A DNA stretch of 64,000 nt. Origin: Candidatus Levyibacteriota bacterium. GTDB taxonomy: Bacteria > Patescibacteriota > Microgenomatia > Levybacterales > UBA12049. Position numbers and translations under genes: made by a program. Every line of letters starts with the position of its first letter. Position 1 is the first letter of the stretch. This document shows positions 47,362-57,667 of this stretch, piece after piece. Location of the stretch: positions 317,681-381,680 of the forward strand of contig CAWBPM010000003.1 in NCBI GenBank assembly GCA_963790825.1, read 5' to 3'. The notes below the pieces were generated by a model that was not told where the DNA came from, made no database searches, and saw only the letters and a program-made list of their open reading frames with translations.

Positions 47362-48183
47362 TCAAAAAAGTACCTTTTCCTTCCCTAAATTATTATAGAG
47401 AGTAATCCACTCTTTAAGTGTTAAATGGCTTGGTTTTATATCTTTCGCCAACGAAAGTTTTTGAAAAACTTTGCTTATCGTACCCTTAGAGAAAAATTTT
47501 TGCAAATTTTGTTTAGCAGGTAATCCCTGTCCGAAACCGTAAGTCACAAACTGTTGATACTTTTTCTTTTCAGACATTGGCAGTAAAGGATTTTCTTTCA
47601 AGGTAAAACGAAATATTACTGTTCTTACTTTTGGTATTGGAGTAAAGTCGGTCTGATTGAAATGGTGATAAATTGAGAAATCAAACCATGGTTTGTGCAT
47701 AACAGAGAATTGGTTTTCCTTATATGGGGCTGCCAGGCGGTATGCAAGTTCTTTCATCATTACCAGATAACAATCTTGTGGAGGATTAGTATTATCAATA
47801 AGTTTACGAGTGATTTTCCCTTCAATAGTAAAGGGAATATTTGCAAATACTTTATAGGGAAACTTTGGCAGAGGTCTGTCTAAAAAATCTTCATGATATA
47901 AGGTGAGATTTTCTGCACTATTAAATTTACTGCTAAGATAGTTGTACCAATGCGTATCCAATTCTACTGCGATAACATGTCTTGCTTGTCGAATTAGTTG
48001 TTCTGTGATAATTCCTTTACCTGGACCGATTTCGAGAACAAGATCATTTTTAGTAATAGAGGAATTGCCTACAAGTTTACTTACTAACTTGCGGCTGTGA
48101 AGAAAGTTTTGTGATAGAAGCTTCCGCTGTAAGTTGTACATAGCGGAACCTCCCTGTGAACATGTTAGCCATAATTCACTCAC
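47362..48183 (-). CDS. rRNA adenine N6-methyltransferase, Erm-like (KsgA/Erm superfamily). The probable start is Met-15, about 48141.
   Basis: QNFLHS. LEIGPGKG. VIAVELD. KVFANIPF. FTPIPKVRTVIFRF. The C-terminal domain resembles Erm rather than KsgA. Confidence 0.6.
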   Translation of the reverse strand: MSELWLTCSQGGSAMYNLQRKLLSQNFLHSRKLVSKLVGNSSITKNDLVLEIGPGKGIITEQLIRQARHVIAVELDTHWYNYLSSKFNSAENLTLYHEDFLDRPLPKFPYKVFANIPFTIEGKITRKLIDNTNPPQDCYLVMMKELAYRLAAPYKENQFSVMHKPWFDFSIYHHFNQTDFTPIPKVRTVIFRFTLKENPLLPMSEKKKYQQFVTYGFGQGLPAKQNLQKFFSKGTISKVFQKLSLAKDIKPSHLTLKEWITLYNNLGKEKVLF

Positions 48184-48216
48184 AATTATATCATATCAGG
48201 AGTTATTTACAAAATT

Positions 48217-49423
48217 CCCGAGTTCTAGAAACGATCGCACCCCCCTGTAAGGTTTAATTAGGTACAATTCACTTCCTGAGGTAAGAGAGGGGGTGAATTA
48301 TGAAACACAAAAAGATAACGCAAACGGAACGGGAATTGTTAGGCCAGTGGAAGAAGGAAGGAGTAGCGAATAAAGAAATCGCCAGAAGACTGTCTCGTCC
48401 CGTCTTGACTATTCGTCGTGAGTTGAAAAGGAATAAAACCAAAGTTGCTGTTGGCAAAGAGTGGGAATGGATCTACGAACCAATCCATGCCCAGCATGTC
48501 GCGATGGAACGGAAACAAAATGCATGGTTGGCTAAAGAGCCGTTGAAAAACAAAAAAGTATACAAATACGTCATTGACCATCTTCGCGAGAGTTGGAGCC
48601 CTGAACAAATATCAGGAAGGCTCAAACATGAAGATCATCCGGATGATAAGTCGTGGCATATCTGTATGGAAACCATATACGCTTTTATCTACAAAGAAAA
48701 AACTGATATAACAAAACAAGGAATTAAACAACAAAGCATATTTAATAAACATCTGGCTGGAAAAGACAGAACGGTGGTAACAGTAACGGACTTTGACCGA
48801 CCATTATACGAGTATTTGAGGCGGAAACAGACAAGACGACGGAAAAGAAACGGCAGGAAAGTTCATAGGTCACATATACCTGATCGCGTCAGTATTCATA
48901 AAAGGCCATTGATTGTCGCCAGACGAAAACAATTTGGTCACTGGGAAGGAGACAGTATTGTTGGAGATAAACACGCCTCAGGGTTACATACAGAATATGA
49001 ACGGGTTTCAAGCCTTACCCGATTTGAGCGGATGGTTCGGATAACAGCGGCAGATACAGTTATTGCCGGTAAGAAAATATTTAGTCCCTTCCCTGAAAAA
49101 GCAAGGCGATCAACAACGCTTGATAACGGACCGGAAAACCATGGACATACAGAGCTTAAGAAAGACCTATCCATGCAGACATATTTTGCAGATCCATATT
49201 CCTCCTGGCAACGAGGAGGAAATGAGAATGCAAATCTTTGGATCAGATACTACTTTCCAAAAGGGACTGATTTTAGTACAATCTCAGATGAAGAATTAAA
49301 AGACGTTCAGGATGAAATAAACAACCGTCCCAGAAAACGTCTTAAATTCAGAACGCCTCAGGAAGTATTTTCTGAGTACCTCAATAAACCCTAAAGGGGT
49401 GCATTAGTTCCTAGAATACGGGA
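48217..49423 (+). mobile_element. IS30-family insertion sequence (about 1.2 kb) with about 27-bp imperfect terminal IRs. IR-L 48217-48245 cccgagttctagaaacgatcgcacccc. IR-R 49397-49423 ggggtgcattagttcctagaatacggg. Possible 3-bp TSD ATT.
   Basis: IRs read directly. A single IS30 transposase ORF lies inside. Confidence 0.7.
48300..49394 (+). CDS. IS30 family transposase
   Basis: N-terminal HTH. DDE region HWEGDSIVG...TLDNGPE...GGNENANLWIRYYFPKG... Confidence 0.85.
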   Translation: MKHKKITQTERELLGQWKKEGVANKEIARRLSRPVLTIRRELKRNKTKVAVGKEWEWIYEPIHAQHVAMERKQNAWLAKEPLKNKKVYKYVIDHLRESWSPEQISGRLKHEDHPDDKSWHICMETIYAFIYKEKTDITKQGIKQQSIFNKHLAGKDRTVVTVTDFDRPLYEYLRRKQTRRRKRNGRKVHRSHIPDRVSIHKRPLIVARRKQFGHWEGDSIVGDKHASGLHTEYERVSSLTRFERMVRITAADTVIAGKKIFSPFPEKARRSTTLDNGPENHGHTELKKDLSMQTYFADPYSSWQRGGNENANLWIRYYFPKGTDFSTISDEELKDVQDEINNRPRKRLKFRTPQEVFSEYLNKP

Positions 49424-49439
49424 TTTGTGGTTATCTATT

Positions 49440-50429
49440 TTACTTTGCTGCTTTTTCCAACATTTTTTCTAACTTCCCAATACTACTATCGTCGTAGACG
49501 GAAACAGCCAGGACTTCTTTTTTCAATTTTTTAAGCAAATTTAACTTTTTTTCAATTTCCTCCGGCTCTGCCAGATCGGTTTTTGTAAGTAAGATTATTT
49601 CGGATTTTTCCAAAAGCAATTTATTATATTCTGCAAATTCTTTTCGCACGACCTCGTAGGTCTTTATGGGATCTATATTTTCTACATCAATACAATGAAC
49701 CAATAATTTAGTTTTTTCAATATGTTTCAGAAATTTAATCCCCAGTCCCCGGCCATGACTAGCACCCTCAATAAGACCCGGAATATCGGCAATAATGATT
49801 CCTCCCATCATCCCGAGATTCGGCTCAAGCGTCGTAAACGGATAGTTGGCAATTTTCGGATGAGCATGGGTCAGAAGACTTAGTAAACTGCTTTTTCCGG
49901 CATTTGGCAGTCCGATAAGTCCGATATCGGCGATAAGCCTGAGTTCCAGATGCAGCTTTTTTTCCACACCGGGTTCTCCATATTCAAATTCTGTCGGTGT
50001 TTGGTTTGTTGCGGATTTAAATTCATTATTTCCCCGTCCTCCTTTTCCACCTTTAGCCAATAAAATTTGCTTTTTCGTATCTAAAATCTCATGTGTATTT
50101 CCGTTTTCTTCACTAATACAGGTTCCAACTGGAATCCGAATTGTGAGACTTTGACCGTTCCTGCCATAGAGGTTCTTTCTTTTTCCGCTCACTCCATCTT
50201 CTGCTTTCCATACTTTTTTATACCGGAATATCTGAAGCCCCATGATATCATCTATTCCTTGGACGAAAAGATCGCCGCCGTTTCCGCCGTTTCCACCGTC
50301 TGGACCACCCCTCGGATTTCCTTCATTTTGCCGAAACGTTGCTGCGCCGTTTCCGCCGTTTCCCGCTTTTACCGTAATTGTGACATCATCAATAAGCATA
50401 ATGCGTATTGTATACTCCTCCATAAACAA
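49440..50429 (-). CDS. obg: GTPase Obg (short form without C-terminal OCT/TGS domain)
   Basis: Gly-rich Obg fold (GGNGGNGG...). G1 GLPNAGKSS. G3 DIPG. G4 TKTD. Confidence 0.9.
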   Translation of the reverse strand: MFMEEYTIRIMLIDDVTITVKAGNGGNGAATFRQNEGNPRGGPDGGNGGNGGDLFVQGIDDIMGLQIFRYKKVWKAEDGVSGKRKNLYGRNGQSLTIRIPVGTCISEENGNTHEILDTKKQILLAKGGKGGRGNNEFKSATNQTPTEFEYGEPGVEKKLHLELRLIADIGLIGLPNAGKSSLLSLLTHAHPKIANYPFTTLEPNLGMMGGIIIADIPGLIEGASHGRGLGIKFLKHIEKTKLLVHCIDVENIDPIKTYEVVRKEFAEYNKLLLEKSEIILLTKTDLAEPEEIEKKLNLLKKLKKEVLAVSVYDDSSIGKLEKMLEKAAK

Positions 50430-50655
50430 AATACAATATACTTTTATTATAAGTTGGAAAGATATTGTTGACTAAGCCGAAAATAGTCTATAATAAAAGT
50501 ACTATATGCCGGCAGAATTCAAATTCCTAAACCAGCTTGGTTTTATTTCACTAATTTTTTTCTTACTTTCTCATCTTCTAAAAAATAAAATACATACAAA
50601 TTGTTCGGATAAGATTCTTGTTTAGAAAAAGATCAGCGTTTATTTTATAACTATT

Positions 50656-51351
50656 ATGGCTTGTTTTGAAAGACAAGAAGCATATACAGCTAGTAGTAAG
50701 TCTTCAGTTTCTTCTTTTTATCTTCACCCATCTCCGCGCGAAGTTATTAAATCCCGTGCACTTCGGAAAAGATTAAGATATACCATTAAAAAATCTCTTT
50801 CTGTTTCTGAGTCAGAAGATCAACGGTTTATTATTCATGAATACGAAACCCAGAGACATGCGATATGGAAACTGCGTGTACCCAAGTCGCTTAATCTGCT
50901 TAGTATAGCGGGTAGGGAAAATTTTTATTCGGCAAATATTGAACAGGATATGGAGAAAAGGCAGAAATTCCATATGCTTTATAAAACTGATAGTATGAAG
51001 CGGAAACATGATAGGGTAATTCAATTTGTAGCTGCTAATTGTGAAACTATTGTTCATGACATCTTTCCCAACACTGATACCTCAAAAAATCCTGTAGTTT
51101 GTATGACGGAAGTTGATTGCGGTATGTATAGAAGCCAGATTGACACGGTTATTTTAAACGGACATATTTTAATATTTGAAATCGGTAATATGGCCAGTAA
51201 AAATGAACAGCTACTCAGACAAAGACGAGAATTAGCAGAAGTATATAGTTTACCTAAATATATGGTACTACCATATATTATCAATTACCAAACTACTGAT
51301 AATACTAACTATACTTTAACATTGCAAGAACCGGTTATGAATAGAATATAA
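50656..51351 (+). CDS. hypothetical protein
   Basis: ORF only. Confidence 0.35.
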   Translation: MACFERQEAYTASSKSSVSSFYLHPSPREVIKSRALRKRLRYTIKKSLSVSESEDQRFIIHEYETQRHAIWKLRVPKSLNLLSIAGRENFYSANIEQDMEKRQKFHMLYKTDSMKRKHDRVIQFVAANCETIVHDIFPNTDTSKNPVVCMTEVDCGMYRSQIDTVILNGHILIFEIGNMASKNEQLLRQRRELAEVYSLPKYMVLPYIINYQTTDNTNYTLTLQEPVMNRI

Positions 51352-51365
51352 AAAAAAGAAAACTG

Positions 51366-51854
51366 TTAGCGTTTTGGAGATTGCATTTTTCGTCTCGCTT
51401 TTCCTTTCATGCCGACTTTTCTCCGTTCCCTGACTCTACTGTCCCTTGTGAGAAAGCCTTTTTTCTTTAGAATCAAGTGAAACTCATCGTTATTCAGTTT
51501 ATCTAAAGCACGAGCTATGCCGCTTATTACCGCGTCAAGCTGTCCTGAGTGTCCGCCGCCTTTGACTTTAATCAGAAATGTATATTTATTTGTCGTATTG
51601 GTAATCCGCATCGGCTCGGCATACATCCGGCGCATAACCTTACTTGGAAAACAATCTGAGATAGGCTTATTGTTAACCAAGATATCGCCTTTTCTAACTT
51701 CGGTTGTATTCCAGGAGAGTTCATCCCGAACGTGCTCATACAGCCGAACACGTGCAACTGCCTCGCGTCTTCTGCCGATTGCCGAAATATAGTCTTTTTT
51801 CGTAACTTTCTCTTTTGTAGGTTCGTTTGCTTGTATTACTTGTTTATCAGGCAT
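51366..51854 (-). CDS. rpsI: 30S ribosomal protein S9
   Basis: GRRREAVARV...GGGHSGQ...C-terminal KARRKMQSPKR. Confidence 0.95.
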   Translation of the reverse strand: MPDKQVIQANEPTKEKVTKKDYISAIGRRREAVARVRLYEHVRDELSWNTTEVRKGDILVNNKPISDCFPSKVMRRMYAEPMRITNTTNKYTFLIKVKGGGHSGQLDAVISGIARALDKLNNDEFHLILKKKGFLTRDSRVRERRKVGMKGKARRKMQSPKR

Positions 51855-51860
51855 AGTATT

Positions 51861-52301
51861 TTATACTGCAATTTCTGCATGTGTTGTTTGGGTTTTAAAT
51901 TTATCCGTATATGTATGCTCTGTATCTGGAAAAACAAAGAGCCTTTTAAGCATTGGATCTCTCAGCCTATTTTGGGGCAACATGCCTTTTACGGCACGTT
52001 TTATAATTTCCTCAGGCCGGCGTTCCCGTAACTCCTTTAGTGTTTCTGATTTAAATCCACCCGGATAACCGGAATGCCTAAAATAACTTTTTTGCTCTTC
52101 TTTTTTTCCGGTTACTTTTATTTTCTTCGCGTTGACGACTACGACATAATCACCACAATCCAGATTACGCACAAAATATGCTTTACCTTTTCCCATCAAA
52201 AGTTCTGCTATTTTTGTCGCACTTCTCCCCAATATTTTGTCATTTACATCAATCAGATGCCATACTCGTTTTATATCGCTTTGTTTGGTTGATACTGTCA
52301 T
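51861..52301 (-). CDS. rplM: 50S ribosomal protein L13
   Basis: KRVWHLIDVNDKILGRSATKIAELL... Confidence 0.95.
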   Translation of the reverse strand: MTVSTKQSDIKRVWHLIDVNDKILGRSATKIAELLMGKGKAYFVRNLDCGDYVVVVNAKKIKVTGKKEEQKSYFRHSGYPGGFKSETLKELRERRPEEIIKRAVKGMLPQNRLRDPMLKRLFVFPDTEHTYTDKFKTQTTHAEIAV

Positions 52302-52302
52302 A

Positions 52303-52827
52303 TTATTTAGTATGTTTTTCTTCCTTTTTGCTTTTCGTTTCTTTTTTCTCCGTCTTAGATGTCGGTTTTTTCACTTGTTTTTTTGCAATAACTGAAACTT
52401 TCGCTTCTTTTTTCACTACATCATTATTTTCCTTATCTTTCCCTTCCAGCGATTTTTCTGCCCTTACCGGCATTTCTGTCCACTCTAAAATCGCCATTGA
52501 TGCATCATCATTAAACCTGCGTCCCAGTTTAATAACCCGCGTATAGCCTCCTTGCCTATTGGCAAAACGAGGAGCTATCTCGTCAACCATTTTCACAACG
52601 GCTGACTCAATTAAATCCGCTCTTAAAAGTCCCCTCGCGTGCTGGCTGTTTTTTTTCACTTTTGTTACCAACTTGTCAGCTTCAGATTTAATTGCTTTTG
52701 CTTTTTGTTCAGTCGTTTGAATCCTATTATGAAGCACAAGCTCTGATAAGAGCCCTTTAAATAATGATTTTCTTTCGTTTGTATCCCTTTTGAATTTTTT
52801 ACCAAAAACATTTTTTCTCATATACAA
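52303..52827 (-). CDS. rplQ: 50S ribosomal protein L17 (with Lys-rich C-terminal extension)
   Basis: RDTNERKSLFKGLLSELVLHNRIQTTEQKAKA...GGYTRVIKLGRR. Confidence 0.9.
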   Translation of the reverse strand: MYMRKNVFGKKFKRDTNERKSLFKGLLSELVLHNRIQTTEQKAKAIKSEADKLVTKVKKNSQHARGLLRADLIESAVVKMVDEIAPRFANRQGGYTRVIKLGRRFNDDASMAILEWTEMPVRAEKSLEGKDKENNDVVKKEAKVSVIAKKQVKKPTSKTEKKETKSKKEEKHTK

Positions 52828-52828
52828 A

Positions 52829-52951
52829 AAATCCTAAATTCTAATATCTAAATCATAAATAAATTCTAGATAAAAACTTGCAAATTTTTGAGATTTGGTT
52901 ATTTTAATTTTGATATTATCTGGAATTTAGGATTTGGAATTTAGGATTTTT
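52829..52951. repeat. AT-rich inverted/tandem repeat: aaatcctaaattctaa (52829-52844) versus 2x ggaatttaggattt (52922-52951), in the rpoA-rplQ spacer
   Basis: Read directly. Motif GAATTTAGRATT is related to 17003-17083. Confidence 0.4.
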
Positions 52952-52980
52952 ATTAGTCTTCCTAGTGTTTTTCCAAACAA

Positions 52981-53940
52981 CTAAACAGTTAATGATACAC
53001 CTTTTTGTCGGAGTTTTTCTTCAATCACCATGATTGATTTTCCGCCCATATTACGCATTGATATCAAATCTTTTCTGGGAGTGGTAAGGAGTTGCTCTAC
53101 AGTCTCAACTCCACCGTTTCGAAGACTATTATAAATCCTGGTTGGCAAATCTAATTCGTCAATCGTCATATGAAGGGTTTCTTGGGGAATAGAAGATGTT
53201 TGTGCGGCTTTTTCTTCAACTATTGCTGCTTTCGGCTGGTAAATCTGGAGGAAATAAGAAGCTAGTGTTTTACTTGCTTCGTCAAGCGCAACACGCGGAG
53301 CGACAGCGCCATTTGTCCAGATCTTTATAATTAACTTATCAAGATTGGTTTGTCTTCCCACACGGGTTGCTTCAACAGCATACGTAACACGCTTGATCGG
53401 AGTAAAAATCGCATCTGTCGGAATAACTCCCAAGGTTGCTGCTTTTTTCTCTTCTAAAAGTGCGTAGCTAAAGCCGCGCTCAACGGTCATTTCTACCTCA
53501 AGTCTAGATTTATCGCCTGAAAGTGTACCGAGATATTGATCTTTATTAACGACTTCAACGCCGCCTTCCACCTCAAGGTCTTCTGCGGTAATTTCTTTTG
53601 CTCCTCTAATCGAAAGTCTGATAATACCGCTATTTTGTTCATCCGGCAAGCGGAGGCTTAACTCTTTAATATTAAGTAAAAAGTCAACAACGTTTTCTTT
53701 GAGGCCGGGAACTGTTGAAAAACGATGTTTTACACCGTTAATTTTTACCGAAGTAACTGCAGCACCCGAAATAGAAGTATAGAGTACACGACGAAGCGCA
53801 TGCCCTATAGTATATCCATAGCCCGGGGCAAGCGGTTCAATGGCAAATTCTCCAAAGTCCGGAGTCAATGTAATATCCTTAACGGTAAAGTTTAAATCTT
53901 GCATAACGCGTATTGTACCATTATCTGGAATAATATTCAA
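52981..53940 (-). CDS. rpoA: DNA-directed RNA polymerase subunit alpha. The start is possibly the internal Met at about 53904, which would avoid overlap with rpsD.
   Basis: N-terminal and C-terminal RpoA domains (...YGYTIGHALRRVL... and the C-terminal HhH region). Confidence 0.9.
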   Translation of the reverse strand: MNIIPDNGTIRVMQDLNFTVKDITLTPDFGEFAIEPLAPGYGYTIGHALRRVLYTSISGAAVTSVKINGVKHRFSTVPGLKENVVDFLLNIKELSLRLPDEQNSGIIRLSIRGAKEITAEDLEVEGGVEVVNKDQYLGTLSGDKSRLEVEMTVERGFSYALLEEKKAATLGVIPTDAIFTPIKRVTYAVEATRVGRQTNLDKLIIKIWTNGAVAPRVALDEASKTLASYFLQIYQPKAAIVEEKAAQTSSIPQETLHMTIDELDLPTRIYNSLRNGGVETVEQLLTTPRKDLISMRNMGGKSIMVIEEKLRQKGVSLTV

Positions 53941-54526
53941 TAATCTGTTGCGTATTGAACGGAACTTCTACATCTTCGCGCTTTGGCATACGCGTTAGCT
54001 TCCCGGCAATGCCTTTTTTGGTCAGAAACGGCAAGAGTACGCCCGAATCTTCTTCCATGAGTTTCACAATGTGCGTATTTTTTTGCATCTTGGGTGAGAG
54101 TGTTATAACATCTGTCTCCTGCACTTGATAAGATGGGATGTTTAAGCGTTTACCATTCACCTGAATATGCCCATGTGATACAAGTTGTCTGGACATAAAA
54201 CGCGTTTTGGCAAATCCTAGCCGGTAAACAACATTATCAAGCCGTGTTTCAAGGAGCGATAGCAGAAGCTCTCCTGTGTCGCCCTTTTGCTTGGCAACCA
54301 TGTCAACTAGGCGTTTAAACTGTTTTTCTAAAATTCCATACATTGCTTTGGCTTTTTGTTTTTCTCGAAGTTGTGTACCGAATTCCGACAAACGTCTCTT
54401 CCGTTTCGCGCCATGCATGCCGGGAGGCGTATTGAGCCGACGCATAAGACTACTTGACGTTTTATCAAGAATATTGACTCCTTCACGACGCGCTAATTTA
54501 TGTTTTGGTCCGGTATATCTCGCCAT
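53921..54526 (-). CDS. rpsD: 30S ribosomal protein S4
   Basis: MARYTGPKHKLARREG... Confidence 0.95.
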   Translation of the reverse strand: MARYTGPKHKLARREGVNILDKTSSSLMRRLNTPPGMHGAKRKRRLSEFGTQLREKQKAKAMYGILEKQFKRLVDMVAKQKGDTGELLLSLLETRLDNVVYRLGFAKTRFMSRQLVSHGHIQVNGKRLNIPSYQVQETDVITLSPKMQKNTHIVKLMEEDSGVLLPFLTKKGIAGKLTRMPKREDVEVPFNTQQIIEYYSR

Positions 54527-54529
54527 AGA

Positions 54530-54931
54530 TTAAGTTCTCCGTCTGTTTTTACTCCGCGGTCCGTTATGCGGAATCGGCGTAATGTCGGCAATTGAAATAA
54601 TTGACAATCCGCCGCTCTTAATTGCCCGAAGGGACGAATCTCGTCCCGAACCGGGACCTTTTACAAATACATCCACTGTCTTCATACCCCTGTTAATTGC
54701 CTTTTTTACTGCATCTTCTACGGCTAAAGTTGCGGCATAAGGAGTAGATTTTCTGGCGCCCTTAAAACCGCGTGCGCCTGATGAGCTCCAAGAAATTGTA
54801 CTTCCTGTCTGATCAGTAATTGTTACTAAGGTATTATTGAATGTTGCGGTAATATATACATGTCCATGTTCAGAAGTCTGAATTGATGATTTCTTTGCTG
54901 ATTTTGTATCTTTGGTTGTCTTAACTGCCAT
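54530..54931 (-). CDS. rpsK: 30S ribosomal protein S11
   Basis: ...[17 protein letters not shown]...[10 protein letters not shown]... Confidence 0.95.
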   Translation of the reverse strand: MAVKTTKDTKSAKKSSIQTSEHGHVYITATFNNTLVTITDQTGSTISWSSSGARGFKGARKSTPYAATLAVEDAVKKAINRGMKTVDVFVKGPGSGRDSSLRAIKSGGLSIISIADITPIPHNGPRSKNRRRT

Positions 54932-54944
54932 ATATATTTTGATT

Positions 54945-55358
54945 TTATTTCCCTGCTTCTTTCGTTTTTGCAGCTGTCTCTATTTTCGCTGCAAGATCTT
55001 TTTTAATAGCACCAATTGTTACTCTCTTGCCTCGTTTTGTACGCGCATTTGACCTTGTCCGCTGTCCGTGAGACGGTAAATTCTTACTATGCCTTGTCCC
55101 GCGGTAAGAGCCGGTGTCTTTCAGTCTTCGAATATTTCCCAGTACATCTGCGCGTAAATCTCCCTCCAATTTATGGGCTGATAATACGTCTGAGATACGT
55201 TTTACTTCCTCTTCGCTAAGCTCATGCGTCCTTTTTGACGGGTCTATTTGCGCTTTTGTTAATACACCACGAACATTACTTCTTCCAATCCCATAGAGAT
55301 AGGTTAAAGCAATATCAACTCGTTTTCCATCCGGTATTGTTACACCTGCTACTCGCAT
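54945..55358 (-). CDS. rpsM: 30S ribosomal protein S13
   Basis: [27 protein letters not shown]... Confidence 0.95.
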   Translation of the reverse strand: MRVAGVTIPDGKRVDIALTYLYGIGRSNVRGVLTKAQIDPSKRTHELSEEEVKRISDVLSAHKLEGDLRADVLGNIRRLKDTGSYRGTRHSKNLPSHGQRTRSNARTKRGKRVTIGAIKKDLAAKIETAAKTKEAGK

Positions 55359-55363
55359 AATTA

Positions 55364-55477
55364 TTAACCTTGTCGCTGCTTATGTTTCGGCGTTACGCAC
55401 GTAACAAACAATACGCCTTCACGCTTCACTATTTTACATTTAATACACCGTTTTTTAATACTGGCTTGTACTTTCAT
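55364..55477 (-). CDS. rpmJ: 50S ribosomal protein L36 (37 aa; not in the supplied ORF track)
   Basis: Manual translation of the minus strand: [37 protein letters not shown] (C-x2-C...C...H zinc ribbon). Confidence 0.8.
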   Translation of the reverse strand: MKVQASIKKRCIKCKIVKREGVLFVTCVTPKHKQRQG

Positions 55478-55481
55478 AATT

Positions 55482-55700
55482 TTATCGATAACGGAAAGTT
55501 ATTCTGCCTTTCCCCGTATCATAGGGTGTCATCTCAACTTTTACTCTGTCTCCAGGTAAAATCTTAATAAAATGCATCCGCATTTTTCCCGAAAGGTGAC
55601 AAAGAATTACCGTTCCATCTTCTAATTCGACTCGAAATAACGTATTCGGCAATGCTTCTCTTACTACTCCGTCTTTTTCAGTTGACCCAAGGTGTGCCAT
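55482..55700 (-). CDS. infA: translation initiation factor IF-1
   Basis: ...[51 protein letters not shown]... Confidence 0.9.
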   Translation of the reverse strand: MAHLGSTEKDGVVREALPNTLFRVELEDGTVILCHLSGKMRMHFIKILPGDRVKVEMTPYDTGKGRITFRYR

Positions 55701-55921
55701 ACCACAAAAAAATAAGACTATCTGTCTTAGCCTCGATTGTTTATATCGCTTTTATGTTGCTAAGTCAAGTACCTAGTTCTTAAATCGTGCAATTATTATA
55801 GCAAACCAGCCGCAAAAGAGCAAGAATTGTTATTAGAAAAGAAGCAGTACTAATAATTATTTCTTATATTTCTGGTACGTATTGGATTTGTCTAATATAT
55901 AACTCGAAATATAGCTTCAGA

Positions 55922-57667
55922 CTAGTTGGTAATATTTAAGTTAAGCGGTTGATTATTGCTGACTCTGTTGTAGACAGTTTGAGAAATATCGGAAGGAGCT
56001 AGGGTATAGGCTTTTTTTGCCGCAATTAATGCCAGGTTTACTTTTCGTAATTTATATTCTAGGTATGCTTTGTAGAGCCACATCCTAGGAGAACTTGGAT
56101 AATCTTGTATTCCTATTTCAGTAATATGTTCGGCGGATTTCATTTCATTAAATCGTATTAATTCCTCAACATATCCAATGTAAGTTTCTTCCCCGTGGGA
56201 ATGGTTTCCAATATTATAGCCTTTAGAGATAATTGCCATATGATAATAAAAGAGCGCTTGTTTTGAATCATTTAGGTGTTGATAGACAAGGGCGAGGTTT
56301 GCATAACTTATCTCCTCCGGAAATAAGTTAATGGATTTTTCCAGATGAGGAAGTGCTTGTTTGTAATCTCCTGCGAATCCAAGTTCTGCGCCCAATGTAT
56401 TTTCAATGTCAAAGTTATCTTCAATTTTGGCATCATGACTATACAGGGTAATTGCGTCATGCCAATTAGTATTTCTCACCACAGTTCTAATAGAAAGAAT
56501 GAGAATAATAGCAATACAAACTACAAAAATTGCGTTTGATTTCGTAACACCCTGGACACTTTGATGCTTTTGCACAATAACACCCAGCATTCCCAGTAGT
56601 CCTACCATGGGAAAATAAAACCACCTGTCGGCAACAGTCATATCCAGCGGAACGATTTGAGAAACCATTAAGATACCTAAAGCAAACCATACAAAAAAGA
56701 AGCAATATAATTTAAATCTTTCTTTGTCATTCTTATAAATGTTTAACATAAATAAACAGAGAATCAGGAAAAATATGAAATCCATAAAAAGAGGCAGGTA
56801 AAAGCTTTGCAGGCTAAGAGAGGTAACCAGCCAATGCTGTTCAATAACAAGTTTTGCAGGATAAAAAAATGTTTTAATATAGTACCATATTACCTCCGGC
56901 ACATTAAGTAATCTTTGTGGTAAGGAGAGGCGCATAATTGGAACAAATTCTATTTTCTCAAAGTACACATTGCCTATAAAAAAACGGATAAATAAATAAA
57001 GAGCAACTACAAGTCCGGATAAAGCTGTAAATAATTGCAAATCTTTTTTGAAAAAATATCGATAGAGTAAAATCATAATTACAAATAGTATTGCCGTTTC
57101 CTTTGTGAGAAGTGACAGCAAAAGAAGTCCAAAAATAATTACAATGTCACGGCGAATTAACTTACTTTTTCTACTCAGCAGCAATGCTGACATTCCTGAT
57201 GAAAAAAATAGGACGGTAATAGAATTATCTATATATGACACCGACTCAACATTTATAGGATGAACTAAAAAAATAAGAGATAGAAATAAAGCCAATGACT
57301 TTTTAAAATAGGCCTTAAAAAAAAAGAAGAGTAGAATACTATTAATTATCTGAAGTGTCATTTGAAGCAGGTGATAAAAAAATACGTTGTTATTAAATAG
57401 AGAGTAAAGTATGGCAAAATAAACCGCCGGTATTGGTCGATAATATGAACCGTAATTAAAGTCGTTGACCCCAAATAACAAGGGGATGTTAATTGCATGG
57501 ACTAGTGGATTATTTGAAATAAATGCTATATCATCCCACACAAACCCGTTAAAAAGCATGTTGAAGTAAACTATAAATCCGACGATAACAATAATATGGA
57601 TTGCTTTAAGAGTGGTTAGAGGAACGAAGAGATGCTTTAAGGAAAAGTCCTGTCTTTGGTCTTGCAT
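55922..57667 (-). CDS. TPR-repeat membrane protein, GT39/PMT-like (paralog 3 of 3), inserted between map and infA
   Basis: MQDQRQDFSLKHLFVPLTTLKAIHIIVIVGFIVYFNMLFNGFVWDD. Polytopic. C-terminal TPRs. Confidence 0.6.
   Translation of the reverse strand: MQDQRQDFSLKHLFVPLTTLKAIHIIVIVGFIVYFNMLFNGFVWDDIAFISNNPLVHAINIPLLFGVNDFNYGSYYRPIPAVYFAILYSLFNNNVFFYHLLQMTLQIINSILLFFFFKAYFKKSLALFLSLIFLVHPINVESVSYIDNSITVLFFSSGMSALLLSRKSKLIRRDIVIIFGLLLLSLLTKETAILFVIMILLYRYFFKKDLQLFTALSGLVVALYLFIRFFIGNVYFEKIEFVPIMRLSLPQRLLNVPEVIWYYIKTFFYPAKLVIEQHWLVTSLSLQSFYLPLFMDFIFFLILCLFMLNIYKNDKERFKLYCFFFVWFALGILMVSQIVPLDMTVADRWFYFPMVGLLGMLGVIVQKHQSVQGVTKSNAIFVVCIAIILILSIRTVVRNTNWHDAITLYSHDAKIEDNFDIENTLGAELGFAGDYKQALPHLEKSINLFPEEISYANLALVYQHLNDSKQALFYYHMAIISKGYNIGNHSHGEETYIGYVEELIRFNEMKSAEHITEIGIQDYPSSPRMWLYKAYLEYKLRKVNLALIAAKKAYTLAPSDISQTVYNRVSNNQPLNLNITN

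Noticed and set aside
49440-50429. Obg flagged as truncated pseudogene because it is only 329 aa
   Set aside because: The Obg fold and complete G domain are intact. Short Obg forms lacking the C-terminal OCT/TGS domain are plausible in reduced genomes, so it is called a functional gene.
52870-52900. TTGCAA-based promoter for rplQ in the rpoA-rplQ spacer
   Set aside because: Spacing to any acceptable -10 hexamer on the coding strand is poor. It cannot be supported from sequence alone.
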